Positions 9,271-17,891 of a DNA stretch of 64,000 nucleotides are shown in pieces (position 1 is the stretch's first letter; each line of letters begins with the position of its first letter). The notes under the pieces are model-generated. The model saw nothing but the letters and a program-made list of their open reading frames with translations. It was not told the origin of the DNA and made no database searches. This stretch comes from a virus (Duplodnaviria; Heunggongvirae; Uroviricota; Caudoviricetes). The translations under genes and the position numbers were made by a program. The DNA lies in IMG/VR virus record IMGVR_UViG_3300003324_000363, positions 17,571 to 81,570 of that record; one strand, written 5' to 3'.

Positions 9271-9410
9271 GTTTGCCTTCTGCTCCTTATGTCTATCATA
9301 TTATTTGCATAGCTCAATGGATTGCTTGAACAATATCGTTTGTGTTTGGCAAATTCAGTTTCTCCATATATTGATTCATCACAAAATGGACATGTGAAGC
9401 TTGTTTTCAT
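9267..9410 (-). CDS. Small C2H2-like zinc-finger protein, 47 aa (MKTSFTCPFCDESIYGETEFAKHKRYC)
   Basis: Read from the sequence. TAATG overlap with the 9410..9592 stop. Confidence 0.35.
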   Translation of the reverse strand: MKTSFTCPFCDESIYGETEFAKHKRYCSSNPLSYANNMIDIRSRRQT

Positions 9411-9592
9411 TATGCACACCATCTTGAAAATTCAATGTCTAGCACTTCCAGTACTTTTTTAGCTTCTGGAGTGTCTAATGACCTTATGAAATCTTCAAAC
9501 AAGTCATCTTGCTCTGAATGTGCTCTTTCATCGTCACTTGCTACAGCTTTTATTTCTGCCAATCTTTTCTCTATCTGCTCTATTGTCATCAT
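9410..9592 (-). CDS. Hypothetical acidic protein, 60 aa
   Basis: ORF on the coding strand. Confidence 0.4.
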   Translation of the reverse strand: MMTIEQIEKRLAEIKAVASDDERAHSEQDDLFEDFIRSLDTPEAKKVLEVLDIEFSRWCA

Positions 9593-9595
9593 ATT

Positions 9596-9967
9596 TCAAT
9601 ACCCCAATGCCTTCAGGTATGCACCTACGTCATAAAATGTATAGTGATGAGAATCGTTCAGATGCACCAACATATTGGGCAATTCATCAAACACACGTTC
9701 ACATTCTGGACACGCCAATGAAATGCATATGTCTTTATGTGATAAACCATATTCTTCTAAAACATCTATTGTTGAAGGCAGCATGTATGGATTTTTAAAC
9801 ATAGATTTTACACAGCCAAGTCTACCTACAACACAATAAGCTGACTTATTTGTGTTGTAATATGCTCCAAAGTGCTGTTTTATTTTTGGTGGTGTGTCTA
9901 TCAACACTTGGCTTGGCTTTATTTTTTTAGTCTTCATATGGGTCACACCTATATTGACTAACTTCAA
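9596..9967 (-). CDS. Cys-rich protein. Distant member of the paralog family found at 20901-22999.
   Basis: It shares C(V/A)VGRLGC and a C-terminal CPEC...LNDSHH block with 21769..22131 and 30698..31198. Confidence 0.5.
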   Translation of the reverse strand: MKLVNIGVTHMKTKKIKPSQVLIDTPPKIKQHFGAYYNTNKSAYCVVGRLGCVKSMFKNPYMLPSTIDVLEEYGLSHKDICISLACPECERVFDELPNMLVHLNDSHHYTFYDVGAYLKALGY

Positions 9968-10205
9968 TTTCCTTTGTGTTTGGAATATTAATAAACAGAT
10001 AGTCTTCTGTAGCTTCTATACGCATACCTTTGACCGGTGTTACTGGGAACTTACTCAAAAACTGGTCTATTCTCTTTAGTGCATCTGTAATTTTATTGCT
10101 CACTTCTCGGTTTTTGATCTTTTCTGCCATAGCATATTCCTGCACAAGCTGGTTTTTAACATCCTGCAACACTCTTTGTGGTGGAATTGATATTGTTATT
10201 TTCAT
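9927..10205 (-). CDS. Hypothetical protein, 92 aa
   Basis: ORF on the coding strand. Confidence 0.45.
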   Translation of the reverse strand: MKITISIPPQRVLQDVKNQLVQEYAMAEKIKNREVSNKITDALKRIDQFLSKFPVTPVKGMRIEATEDYLFINIPNTKEIEVSQYRCDPYED

Positions 10206-10352
10206 TTTTTATTCACCTTCTTCATGAACAGCTTGTTTTCTTTCGTCCATATGCCCAACCAGTCGCCAGCTTTTATTCCTAGTTCACTACGTATCTTCTT
10301 TGGAACAGTTATTCTGCCGTTTGTTCCTAAACTCATTTTGTATTCTTTCATA

Positions 10353-10754
10353 CTATGATGCGTGCTCCTTCATCCATTTTTGAACCATGGCGTTCAATAT
10401 GCCAAGCTGATCTAGCTTACGTTGTATATATTCACGGTAATTGGTTATAGTAGCACATGAACCAGATTCAGGTACAGATAATCCTACAGCCTCCCCCACT
10501 GTTTTTGTACTGTATCTGGCACGAAAATGCGTGTCTAATTGCAATCTGTTAGTATAAACAGATGCTATGTAAATGAAACAGCCGGCTACAGTGCGTGGAT
10601 TCATGTTTGTAGTCCAATACTCACCACGTGTATTTTCATACATGTAATCAGCAAAGAACATGGTTGTATCGTCAATCTGTAGCTTGCCATAAGCTTCTAG
10701 CATTAGCTGATGTATTCGATCAGCTATACATTTTCTTACAAATTGTTCACTCAT
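10353..10754 (-). CDS. Cyclin-fold protein resembling the C-terminal core repeat of TFB/TFIIB
   Basis: The segment RTVAGCFIYIASVYTN followed by TKTVGEAVGLSVPESGSCATITNYREY parallels the TFB cyclin repeat (AAC[L/V]YIACR ... LDEIA..VS.KEIGR.YR). The N-terminal zinc ribbon and B-reader are absent. Confidence 0.35.
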   Translation of the reverse strand: MSEQFVRKCIADRIHQLMLEAYGKLQIDDTTMFFADYMYENTRGEYWTTNMNPRTVAGCFIYIASVYTNRLQLDTHFRARYSTKTVGEAVGLSVPESGSCATITNYREYIQRKLDQLGILNAMVQKWMKEHAS

Positions 10755-11095
10755 GTTGATTTCTCACTTGGCTTTGGTCGTTTCTTCTGTCGTTCTACTT
10801 TCTTGAATAGTTGGAATATCTCTTTTTCAGCTTCTCTTTTTGTATAAGTACGTCTAACATCAGATAATAGCCCACCACCACAATATTCGTACAAGTCAAC
10901 CCCATCCATAAAGTAATCTGGAAGATATACCAAACTTACACGTATGTTATCCCAAGTATAGATATTCCACTCTTTCCCAATAATTGGCTTTTCATTGTGT
11001 GGAAATCCCGGCATCTTGCCTTTAATGAAACGTTCCCATTCAGCATAAACAGGATGCACACGTTTTTGATGCTTAATGTCCCTGAATCTTACCAT
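10751..11095 (-). CDS. Hypothetical protein, 114 aa
   Basis: ORF. Basic C-terminus. Confidence 0.45.
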   Translation of the reverse strand: MVRFRDIKHQKRVHPVYAEWERFIKGKMPGFPHNEKPIIGKEWNIYTWDNIRVSLVYLPDYFMDGVDLYEYCGGGLLSDVRRTYTKREAEKEIFQLFKKVERQKKRPKPSEKST

Positions 11096-11370
11096 TACTC
11101 TTCCAACTCCCTTTCATCAACAGAAATATATTTGTCAACAGTGTTTATCCCATGCTGGTCACAAAAACTTTTGAATGCTTTCCACGCCTCTTCTTCTGTG
11201 TTGCCGTCTTTTTCAAATGCTTCAGACCATGCTTTGTTTAAAATGCTTTTATTTTTCATTACTTCTTTCATTTCAATCTCCCATTGCTCTGCTTTTGATT
11301 TTGAAAGATATATGTGATGTATTGTTGAACCTTCTTCATGCCCTGTGTAGCACAAGTAAACTTTAGTCAT
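11095..11370 (-). CDS. Hypothetical protein, 91 aa
   Basis: ORF. Confidence 0.45.
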   Translation of the reverse strand: MTKVYLCYTGHEEGSTIHHIYLSKSKAEQWEIEMKEVMKNKSILNKAWSEAFEKDGNTEEEAWKAFKSFCDQHGINTVDKYISVDERELEE

Positions 11371-11497
11371 TTCTTTGTTACCTCTGTTAAACAGCTCTTT
11401 CCATGACCATCACAAACACTGCAATGTTCCATCCCATCTTTTGCATAATGGCATGTTATAGAATGCAAGCATTTTTTGCATATTTGATAGTTGTTAG

Positions 11498-11722
11498 TCA
11501 TTCTTTACTATCCCCCAATAGTTTTGCTTTATGACATTCAAAATAAGTTTTTGATTGTGGAGTAAGATCAAGTTTTTCTATTTCTGATTTCAATTCTTGC
11601 TTTAGTTTATAAGTTATTTCATGTAGCATCCTTTGTAATTGTTTATCACTGTTGAATGGATGTGCAATAGATATTGTTTGGGTTTCCCATTGCTCAAATA
11701 CTTTATCAATTATTCCATTCAT
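11498..11722 (-). CDS. Hypothetical protein, 74 aa
   Basis: ORF. Confidence 0.4.
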   Translation of the reverse strand: MNGIIDKVFEQWETQTISIAHPFNSDKQLQRMLHEITYKLKQELKSEIEKLDLTPQSKTYFECHKAKLLGDSKE

Positions 11723-11943
11723 TTTTCATTTTTCACCAACTGGATTGATACTGTGACTTTAGATTTCTTGCCTTCCAAGAAGGCTGCATCATTAGCTAAT
11801 GCGTCCAACATCTGTTCTGTCATGTAGCTGATATTTATGTCTGGCACTGCATTGCGTACTTTATCAAGCACCAATGGGTCAATGCTCAAGCATATTGGTC
11901 GTTTTGGTTCACGTATTACACGTATCGTTATTTCTTCATTCAT
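11719..11943 (-). CDS. Small DNA-binding-like protein. Start adjusted to the internal ATG (MNEEITIRVIREP...).
   Basis: The track ORF 11719..12048 has a hydrophobic, odd N-terminus. The internal Met gives an RHH-like beta-strand start. Confidence 0.35.
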   Translation of the reverse strand: MNEEITIRVIREPKRPICLSIDPLVLDKVRNAVPDINISYMTEQMLDALANDAAFLEGKKSKVTVSIQLVKNEK

Positions 11944-12067
11944 GACTGTAAGCCTCCTAACACAAAGAAATGTGGGTGCATATTGGCTAGTTGATGACAA
12001 GCCAAGCAATGAACTCGTATGCACCCACATTCTCTGCCAGATAGCCATCCGTTATCGTAGCAGAGCA

Positions 12068-12217
12068 TTATTTGTTAGCAACTCCTAAATGTCCTTTCAC
12101 TACAGGAAATGGTTCTAGCTCTACAAGCTTTCTGCCTTCAACATATCTTACTTTAGCCACAAATATGTCGCCTTCTTCAATATCCTCTGCATTGTCGCCA
12201 AATACTCGAATTGTCAT
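12068..12217 (-). CDS. Small hypothetical protein, 49 aa
   Basis: Read from the sequence. Overlaps the 12214..12552 stop. Confidence 0.3.
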   Translation of the reverse strand: MTIRVFGDNAEDIEEGDIFVAKVRYVEGRKLVELEPFPVVKGHLGVANK

Positions 12218-12552
12218 TGTTTTTTCTCCTTAGATTGTTCAGTTTTACGAGGTTCGTTTAACCATGCCCTATGCTTTTGTGTTTCATCAAGAATCCTAAA
12301 CATCACATGCATTTGGTCTTCAAGTTCTGCTATTGTTTGAGCCAAGACACCGTTTTGAATCCCTATCCTAATATCATTTGGAATATCGACTAACAACTGT
12401 GTTGGCATGAACAAACGGATTCCACTTGAGCTATGGTAAATACAGGTATCTTGTTGTGACGGGTCAATTCTAACCATTTCCATAGTCTTTCGTTTAGGCT
12501 GCGTGAACATCGGATTCCTTTTAATTTTTGATACAATTTTGTCGTTGGTCAT
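12214..12552 (-). CDS. Hypothetical protein, 112 aa
   Basis: ORF. Confidence 0.45.
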   Translation of the reverse strand: MTNDKIVSKIKRNPMFTQPKRKTMEMVRIDPSQQDTCIYHSSSGIRLFMPTQLLVDIPNDIRIGIQNGVLAQTIAELEDQMHVMFRILDETQKHRAWLNEPRKTEQSKEKKQ

Positions 12553-12655
12553 TATTGATTCTGCTCCATTTTATCTGCACATGATTTGCATAGATACAGG
12601 TCATGTGTTCCTTTAACCCTGTGTACCACAGCTAGATCATTGCAAAATTCACACT

Positions 12656-12883
12656 TCATTGTTTCTTTTGCTCCACTTCCTCTTTACTGAGTAGTCTATG
12701 AGGCACTCTGCCTTCTTTTATAAAGAATAGTGCATTCTTTATTGCCAAGTTGGCAGGCAGTTCTGTCAAGCTATAACTGCCCCACTTGCCGGCAATCTGT
12801 TCTCTTACTATGATGCCATCTGCATATTTTGTAATATAGTCACACAATTCTTCTATTGTTTCTGGCAATTTGTCAGCAGACAT
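12656..12883 (-). CDS. Hypothetical protein, 75 aa
   Basis: ORF. Confidence 0.4.
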   Translation of the reverse strand: MSADKLPETIEELCDYITKYADGIIVREQIAGKWGSYSLTELPANLAIKNALFFIKEGRVPHRLLSKEEVEQKKQ

Positions 12884-13143
12884 TAAACTTCTACTCCTAT
12901 TGATTTATGGTATTCATCCACACATTCGTAGAACAATGTCTCATGCTCCTTTTTGATGTTGTAGCCAACAGCATTATCTTCAAACACTACGGCATCGGCA
13001 AAGGTGTTGCAAAGTGCCCATATCCATTCAACATTGCCAAACAACCAGAACTCACAGCTGGATTCAGTTGAAAGTTCCAAGCCAGCACCGTCAGGATTGT
13101 ATGGCCCTGTTGCTTCAAACACCTTTTGAATTATGGATTTCAT
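12883..13143 (-). CDS. Hypothetical protein, 86 aa
   Basis: ORF. Confidence 0.45.
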   Translation of the reverse strand: MKSIIQKVFEATGPYNPDGAGLELSTESSCEFWLFGNVEWIWALCNTFADAVVFEDNAVGYNIKKEHETLFYECVDEYHKSIGVEV

Positions 13144-13307
13144 AGTTCATCTACCACTTTTTGCACATCAGCATAGAACTTGGCACATTCTGCTTCATTC
13201 TCAAACTCAATTATCAGGTTCAGGCTTTTTCTAGTTGCCCTGAACATATCGGCTCGTTTGCCTTCAAGCTTGGGCAGGTTTTGCTTGTTTAGTGTTATAC
13301 TAACCAA
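13140..13307 (-). CDS. Small protein, 55 aa, with a TTG start preceded by GGAGG
   Basis: AGAGGAGGATAAAGTAAG-TTG gives a Shine-Dalgarno-like spacing of 8 nt. ATGA overlap with the downstream gene. Confidence 0.3.
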   Translation of the reverse strand: MVSITLNKQNLPKLEGKRADMFRATRKSLNLIIEFENEAECAKFYADVQKVVDEL

Positions 13308-13440
13308 CTTACTTTATCCTCCTCTTCTCATGCTGTCGTGAATAATCAACTCGTTTGCACTCCAAAAAAGGCATCCTGCTGATTATTGCATCTGTTTCGT
13401 TCATGCTTATCGTGCTTGTCATCACCCTACACTACAGTAA

Positions 13441-13497
13441 CCATATATATAAAATTATTTATGATATTACGTATGAGTATATAAGTGAATATATAAA
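13441..13497 (-). promoter_or_regulatory. Duplicated AT-rich promoter-like element CCATATATATAAAATTATTTATGAT... Second copy at 17815-17873.
   Basis: A 25-nt exact match plus a conserved tail. On the minus strand, TTTATATA sits about 26 nt upstream of an ATG in both copies. Confidence 0.4.
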
Positions 13498-13519
13498 GCC
13501 CGTAAAATACGGGCTTTTC
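13496..13519. terminator. GC stem-loop (AAGCCCG-taaaata-CGGGCTT) followed by TTT. Terminator-like.
   Basis: Seen directly in the sequence. It lies just 3' of the 13524..14207 stop. Confidence 0.35.
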
Positions 13520-13523
13520 AGTC

Positions 13524-14207
13524 CTAAATTGTGTTTGCCTGCTTTGCAAGTAGCTTTTCAACCACCTTTACAACTTCCTCTTTTGGTATGCCAAAATGTC
13601 CTGCCATTGCTGTAACTTTTTCTACTATTTCCTTATGTTCTTCTGGGTGATGGTCTTTGAAGTGCTGTAGAAAGTTTGTTGCCTTTACATCTGTTTTACA
13701 TATGGTGCATTTACCAGTAATTGTTTCATTCCTGTCTACACCGGGTAGCTTGGATGATTGAAAGTCTTTCATGTCTTTTATTTCTTCAAGTGCTTTTATT
13801 TTCTTATTTTTATCCCTGACTATGTTGAAGGTTTTCATTTTCTTATGTCCGTATATTGACCCACCAACCATAATGACAGCTTCATCTCTCATAGATTCTG
13901 GCAGTTGTGATACACGTAGTTCTCCAGCTTTTAGCTTTGCTAGCATTTCTTCAGAAACGTTATTTGACTTAGCCAGCCATGATTCTGCTGCAAAGAAATA
14001 CATCTGTGCACCAAATTTAGCAACAAGTGGTTTTAGTGAATCCATTGGTGATTTGCCTTCTGAAACTATGCCAACAATTGAAAGCTTGCCATCTTTAGAT
14101 AAAATACAAAATGGCATGTCTACGCCATGATGTAGTCTAGCTTCTTTATCTAGCTCTTCTGCTTTAGTGTAGAATTCCTCAAAGTCTTTGTCTGTTATTG
14201 TGCTCAT
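13524..14207 (-). CDS. Hypothetical protein, 227 aa, with a C-terminal CTICK...HFKDHH zinc-finger-like motif
   Basis: Long ORF. Confidence 0.55.
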   Translation of the reverse strand: MSTITDKDFEEFYTKAEELDKEARLHHGVDMPFCILSKDGKLSIVGIVSEGKSPMDSLKPLVAKFGAQMYFFAAESWLAKSNNVSEEMLAKLKAGELRVSQLPESMRDEAVIMVGGSIYGHKKMKTFNIVRDKNKKIKALEEIKDMKDFQSSKLPGVDRNETITGKCTICKTDVKATNFLQHFKDHHPEEHKEIVEKVTAMAGHFGIPKEEVVKVVEKLLAKQANTI

Positions 14208-14365
14208 AGCTTTATTCGCCTCACCTGTTTTGCTTTCTTGATGTAGCCTTGTCTTGTGATTGGGATTTGGAATGTTCCTTCACCTAACACCTGCTTATCA
14301 GAGCCGTAAACTTTAACGTGTATATCAATATTCATGCCCGGTTTCACTAGAATTTGTTCTTCCAT
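14204..14365 (-). CDS. Small hypothetical protein, 53 aa
   Basis: Read from the sequence. ATGA overlap with the 13524..14207 start. Confidence 0.3.
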   Translation of the reverse strand: MEEQILVKPGMNIDIHVKVYGSDKQVLGEGTFQIPITRQGYIKKAKQVRRIKL

Positions 14366-14366
14366 G

Positions 14367-14663
14367 TTAAGGCACCACCACAATGTCTTTGCTGCATTCT
14401 ATCACTAGCCTGACTTTAGCATTTATGTATGGAGTTACATACAGTTGTTTGTAGCCTAGCTTTTTCAATGCTTTTGTCATTGCAGGCAAGTAGAAGTTCA
14501 TGTTTAGTCCTAGTCGTTTGTTATGGTCATATGTGTACCAACGTTCAACACGTTCTATGTTTAGCTTGTTGTTGACTTTAACAAGTGCATTTTGCACTGC
14601 AAACTCATCCACAACCTGCACTCCTCTTTCCTGCATTCTGCCTTTAATTGCTAGATTTTTCAT
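14367..14663 (-). CDS. Hypothetical protein. Start adjusted to the internal Met (MKNLAIKGRMQ...).
   Basis: The track ORF 14367..14828 overlaps 14644..14970 by 185 nt. The internal Met removes that conflict. Confidence 0.4.
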   Translation of the reverse strand: MKNLAIKGRMQERGVQVVDEFAVQNALVKVNNKLNIERVERWYTYDHNKRLGLNMNFYLPAMTKALKKLGYKQLYVTPYINAKVRLVIECSKDIVVVP

Positions 14664-14970
14664 TAAGTATCCACACCTTTGCATTTTCATCAAACACTGG
14701 GTCTTGATGTGCTGATTCTCTTTTGTCTTCATACCATGGATATGTAAATACACTATCGCATTTATTGCATGTTTCTCTGACTGTTGAAAATGTAAAGTCT
14801 TCAATTGTCTTGTATGATTTATGTTCACATGGTTTTGTCAGATGTATCAATTTAGCCTCGACCACCTTTCCGTTTTTGACCTCTAAATCAAATGCAATTT
14901 CACCAATAGAAAACCCCATGCAGGTATCAGCTACTTTTATCATCTTCTCACCTTCAATTCTTACTTTCAT
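14644..14970 (-). CDS. Cys-containing hypothetical protein, 108 aa
   Basis: ORF. Confidence 0.45.
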   Translation of the reverse strand: MKVRIEGEKMIKVADTCMGFSIGEIAFDLEVKNGKVVEAKLIHLTKPCEHKSYKTIEDFTFSTVRETCNKCDSVFTYPWYEDKRESAHQDPVFDENAKVWILNEKSSN

Positions 14971-15136
14971 TTTTCCTATACCACCTAATTATTGGAGTGC
15001 TTTCTATTTCACGCAGTGTTTGTTTCAGCTCTCGGACTTCTTTCATTGTTAACGTTTCAGCATCTACCTGTTTTTGAATCTCTTCCAGTATCTCTATGGT
15101 TTCCGTTAGAATCTTGTTGACATCTTTTTCTATCAT
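14954..15136 (-). CDS. Hypothetical coiled-coil protein, 60 aa
   Basis: ORF. Confidence 0.35.
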   Translation of the reverse strand: MIEKDVNKILTETIEILEEIQKQVDAETLTMKEVRELKQTLREIESTPIIRWYRKNESKN

Positions 15137-15408
15137 TTTTTCAACTCCTGTATTATTTCATCAATTGTGTTGTTTCTCTCAGAGTCCATTTGACAGGCAG
15201 CACAATGGTTTACTCCACCTAGAACTTCTCTCTTCATGCTGACAAGCTTTGGCAAAAGCACCCATCTGTCATAATAGTTTTTTACAGCTTTATCTACCAG
15301 AATATTGCCTTCTTCTTCACCAAGTTCTCCTGCTTTGAATTTATCTCCTATATCTTGCAGCTCTATTCTAAGTGCAGCAAACGACATAAGCCAATCATAG
15401 TCACCCAA
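15133..15408 (-). CDS. Hypothetical protein, 91 aa
   Basis: ORF. Confidence 0.45.
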   Translation of the reverse strand: MGDYDWLMSFAALRIELQDIGDKFKAGELGEEEGNILVDKAVKNYYDRWVLLPKLVSMKREVLGGVNHCAACQMDSERNNTIDEIIQELKK

Positions 15409-15409
15409 T

Positions 15410-15646
15410 TTACTTCAAATCCTCCGGATTGAAGCTTGCTATTTCAGTTTCTGTTGTATTGTCAACAACTGATTTGCCATCAGTGTATTGATTCATCATG
15501 TCGTTCAATACCTTGTTGAGTATGTCAGATAGTGTGGTTGCTATGGCGAGCTGACTTAGACTGCCACGTTCTACATTGCCTTTTACTTCACTCTTTATGC
15601 CATGTGATGTTTTAATTATCTTTACTGAAAAGATTTCATGATCCAT
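15410..15646 (-). CDS. Hypothetical protein, 78 aa
   Basis: ORF. Confidence 0.4.
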   Translation of the reverse strand: MDHEIFSVKIIKTSHGIKSEVKGNVERGSLSQLAIATTLSDILNKVLNDMMNQYTDGKSVVDNTTETEIASFNPEDLK

Positions 15647-15862
15647 TTACAATCCATCCTCCTTGTATGTGGTGAGTGTGTTTATGATGTCATTTCTGAT
15701 TTCTTCATGTGTGTGCCGTAAGTATTCCAAGTCATGCAGCAGGTTGTTTGCAATCAAATCATTGCGTAGCTCCACTGACGGCACGATTTCTGCAAGTATT
15801 GCCTCACGAGTTTGAAGTGGAAGTAACTCCCACTTTGCACGTGCTATTTCAAATCTAGTCAT
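15647..15862 (-). CDS. Hypothetical protein, 71 aa
   Basis: ORF. Confidence 0.4.
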   Translation of the reverse strand: MTRFEIARAKWELLPLQTREAILAEIVPSVELRNDLIANNLLHDLEYLRHTHEEIRNDIINTLTTYKEDGL

Positions 15863-16004
15863 TATTTCACTACCTCATAATAGACATGCCTGACTACTTT
15901 TGGAAGCACATTCCCTTCAATGTGGTCTAGTTCATCATGTTGCCCATATTTCTTGCAGATGTAGCAATAATGGCTTATTGCCGTTCCTTCATAACAACCT
16001 GCCA

Positions 16005-16178
16005 TTATTCCTTCTCTCCTATATACCAGAGAAAGGCAACAAACTTGTCACCTTTCACACTAGCACCACGAGCTATCACAGAATGCTTGCTTTCTGCTAG
16101 CTTTTTGGACACATCGTTTACTTTACGTTCAAATACACGAAGGTCTTTCTCTGCCACCACTTTAATTTTTGCTGCCAT
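16005..16178 (-). CDS. Small basic protein. Start adjusted to MAAKIKVV...
   Basis: Internal ATG of the track ORF 16005..16208. Confidence 0.35.
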   Translation of the reverse strand: MAAKIKVVAEKDLRVFERKVNDVSKKLAESKHSVIARGASVKGDKFVAFLWYIGEKE

Positions 16179-16344
16179 TTGTTTTCCCCTCCAAGTTTTC
16201 AGTTGCACGTTGCAGTCCCAAGTCTAACAGCTTTCCAATTTCTGCTGTGTGGGTTACTACCCAGATAAAAAAAATGCCAGCTAAGATGACCAAAGCTAGC
16301 CATACAATAGATTCCCACATATTATTCAGCTCCTGCACCATCAA
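16162..16344 (-). CDS. Small membrane protein, 60 aa, with one transmembrane helix
   Basis: Hydrophobic stretch WLALVILAGIFFIWVV. Confidence 0.4.
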   Translation of the reverse strand: MMVQELNNMWESIVWLALVILAGIFFIWVVTHTAEIGKLLDLGLQRATENLEGKTNGSKN

Positions 16345-16939
16345 GTTTCATGGCAGGGTTAATGCCACGATTCTTGTAAGTGTTGCACGCACGGTAGAGT
16401 GTGTTAAGGTAGCTGTTGTCATGGCGAATTTCTGCTTCCAACTCATCAAAGTTGGTGTCTGGCTCATTCTTCTTTCTTGCAGCTAATGATTTTTCCATGT
16501 TACGAATCAAGTTTTCAACGGTCTTGATGCGTTGCATGATTTCATTAGCTTTGAATGGTCTGTCTGGCTTTTTGCCTTCTTTGTCAGTCCATAAGATTTC
16601 ACCAGCAAGTGCTTGGTCACACCACATCAGCTTTTTCTTTGCTTCGTGAAAGTCAGCTCGGAAGCCTTCTTCGTACTGCTGGCGCACCATTGCTGCTTGG
16701 TCAACTGGGTACTCTGGTGTAGTTATGTAGCATCTGATTCTTGGATGCTTGGCACAAATGCCCTGAATTCGTTCATACAATTCAGGGGTATATCTCACCA
16801 TATACACTGACATTGTTACCATTGCTGCACCGTTAGCTTTCAGTTCTGCCCTAAGTTCACCACCTTGTGGTGTGCCTTGAGGGATGTCATACTGCACCAT
16901 GATGAACTGTGGGTCAACCTGCTTGAATTCTGCACCCAT
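16322..16939 (-). CDS. Hypothetical protein, 205 aa
   Basis: Long ORF. Confidence 0.5.
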   Translation of the reverse strand: MGAEFKQVDPQFIMVQYDIPQGTPQGGELRAELKANGAAMVTMSVYMVRYTPELYERIQGICAKHPRIRCYITTPEYPVDQAAMVRQQYEEGFRADFHEAKKKLMWCDQALAGEILWTDKEGKKPDRPFKANEIMQRIKTVENLIRNMEKSLAARKKNEPDTNFDELEAEIRHDNSYLNTLYRACNTYKNRGINPAMKLDGAGAE

Positions 16940-17302
16940 TTAGCAACTCGCCTCCTGCTCTTTTTCTGCTGCACGTTGTGCTTCCTCATCTTCCCGTTTA
17001 AGTTCCTCTTCAAGTTGCTTTGCCTGTGCATCCCTTCCTTCCTGCTTCAAGTATCGGATGGTTGCAACTTTCTTTGCCCTTCGTGCACGGTAACGCTTCA
17101 ACACAGCATTGTTGAAGCTTTGGAATTCTGCATCTGACATCTTGCCAATTATGCCATCCACATCAGCATTGTGCCCATACTGCTCATGTATGATTTCGTC
17201 ACTTATCGGACACCATTCAAAAATGTTTTTCTTCTCTTCTTCTGGCAAGCTGTCCCAGATGTAGGTCGTGCGTCTTACCCGTTCCCTGTATCCAAGACTC
17301 AT
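16940..17302 (-). CDS. Hypothetical protein, 120 aa, with a charged coiled-coil C-terminus
   Basis: ORF. Confidence 0.45.
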   Translation of the reverse strand: MSLGYRERVRRTTYIWDSLPEEEKKNIFEWCPISDEIIHEQYGHNADVDGIIGKMSDAEFQSFNNAVLKRYRARRAKKVATIRYLKQEGRDAQAKQLEEELKREDEEAQRAAEKEQEASC

Positions 17303-17572
17303 TTAGCACGACCTCCCCATCATTGTGCCTAATGTGCCCGGATTTGTGCTGCGTAAGTCAGCTCTTATCAGCTCCAAGTAAAATGCTGGTAAACTTTCAA
17401 TCATGCTATTCATGCCAGTTTCTACCTGCTGCGGCTTTTGCCCAACTTCAATAACTGGGAACTTTATTCTGCTGTTGTATGCAACCTGTGCATACTGTGC
17501 CAGCTTTAACATCCTGCTGGTGATCTTTTGATCTTCACTGGAAAACTCGTTGTGCTTGAAAAGCTCACTCAA
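17303..17572 (-). CDS. Hypothetical protein, 89 aa
   Basis: ORF. Confidence 0.4.
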   Translation of the reverse strand: MSELFKHNEFSSEDQKITSRMLKLAQYAQVAYNSRIKFPVIEVGQKPQQVETGMNSMIESLPAFYLELIRADLRSTNPGTLGTMMGRSC

Positions 17573-17796
17573 ACTTGTTCCACTCCTTCTAATTCATTTA
17601 GTGCATTCACTACATTATTCAATTTGATGCCAATTTGCAAAACAACCATTTTTGTATCAAATTTTACTCCTTCGTCTGCCCTGCTGTAGATGCTCTTAAG
17701 TTCATCCCTGATGGCGGCTAGTTTTTCTAATTGCACACGTCTTGCTTCCACGTTGTCAGTGCTCACAACGTTTTTCTTGTTGACTTGACTTGTCAT
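17569..17796 (-). CDS. Hypothetical coiled-coil protein. The track start is TTG, so I adjusted to the ATG 2 codons in.
   Basis: A TATA-like element at 17815-17873 lies about 27 nt upstream, which suggests a leaderless transcript. Confidence 0.4.
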   Translation of the reverse strand: MTSQVNKKNVVSTDNVEARRVQLEKLAAIRDELKSIYSRADEGVKFDTKMVVLQIGIKLNNVVNALNELEGVEQV

Positions 17797-17891
17797 CAAC
17801 AACCAGTTGTTTTACCATATATATAAAATTATTTATGATTTTTGAATTTAGTATTTAAGTGAGTATATAAATACATTTTACTATATAAAGG

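Noticed and set aside
13355-13615. Plus-strand 86-aa ORF starting in the 13250-13523 intergenic region
   Set aside because: Its 3' half runs antisense through 13524..14207. A minus-strand mini-ORF with proper TATA spacing at 13422 explains the same DNA better.
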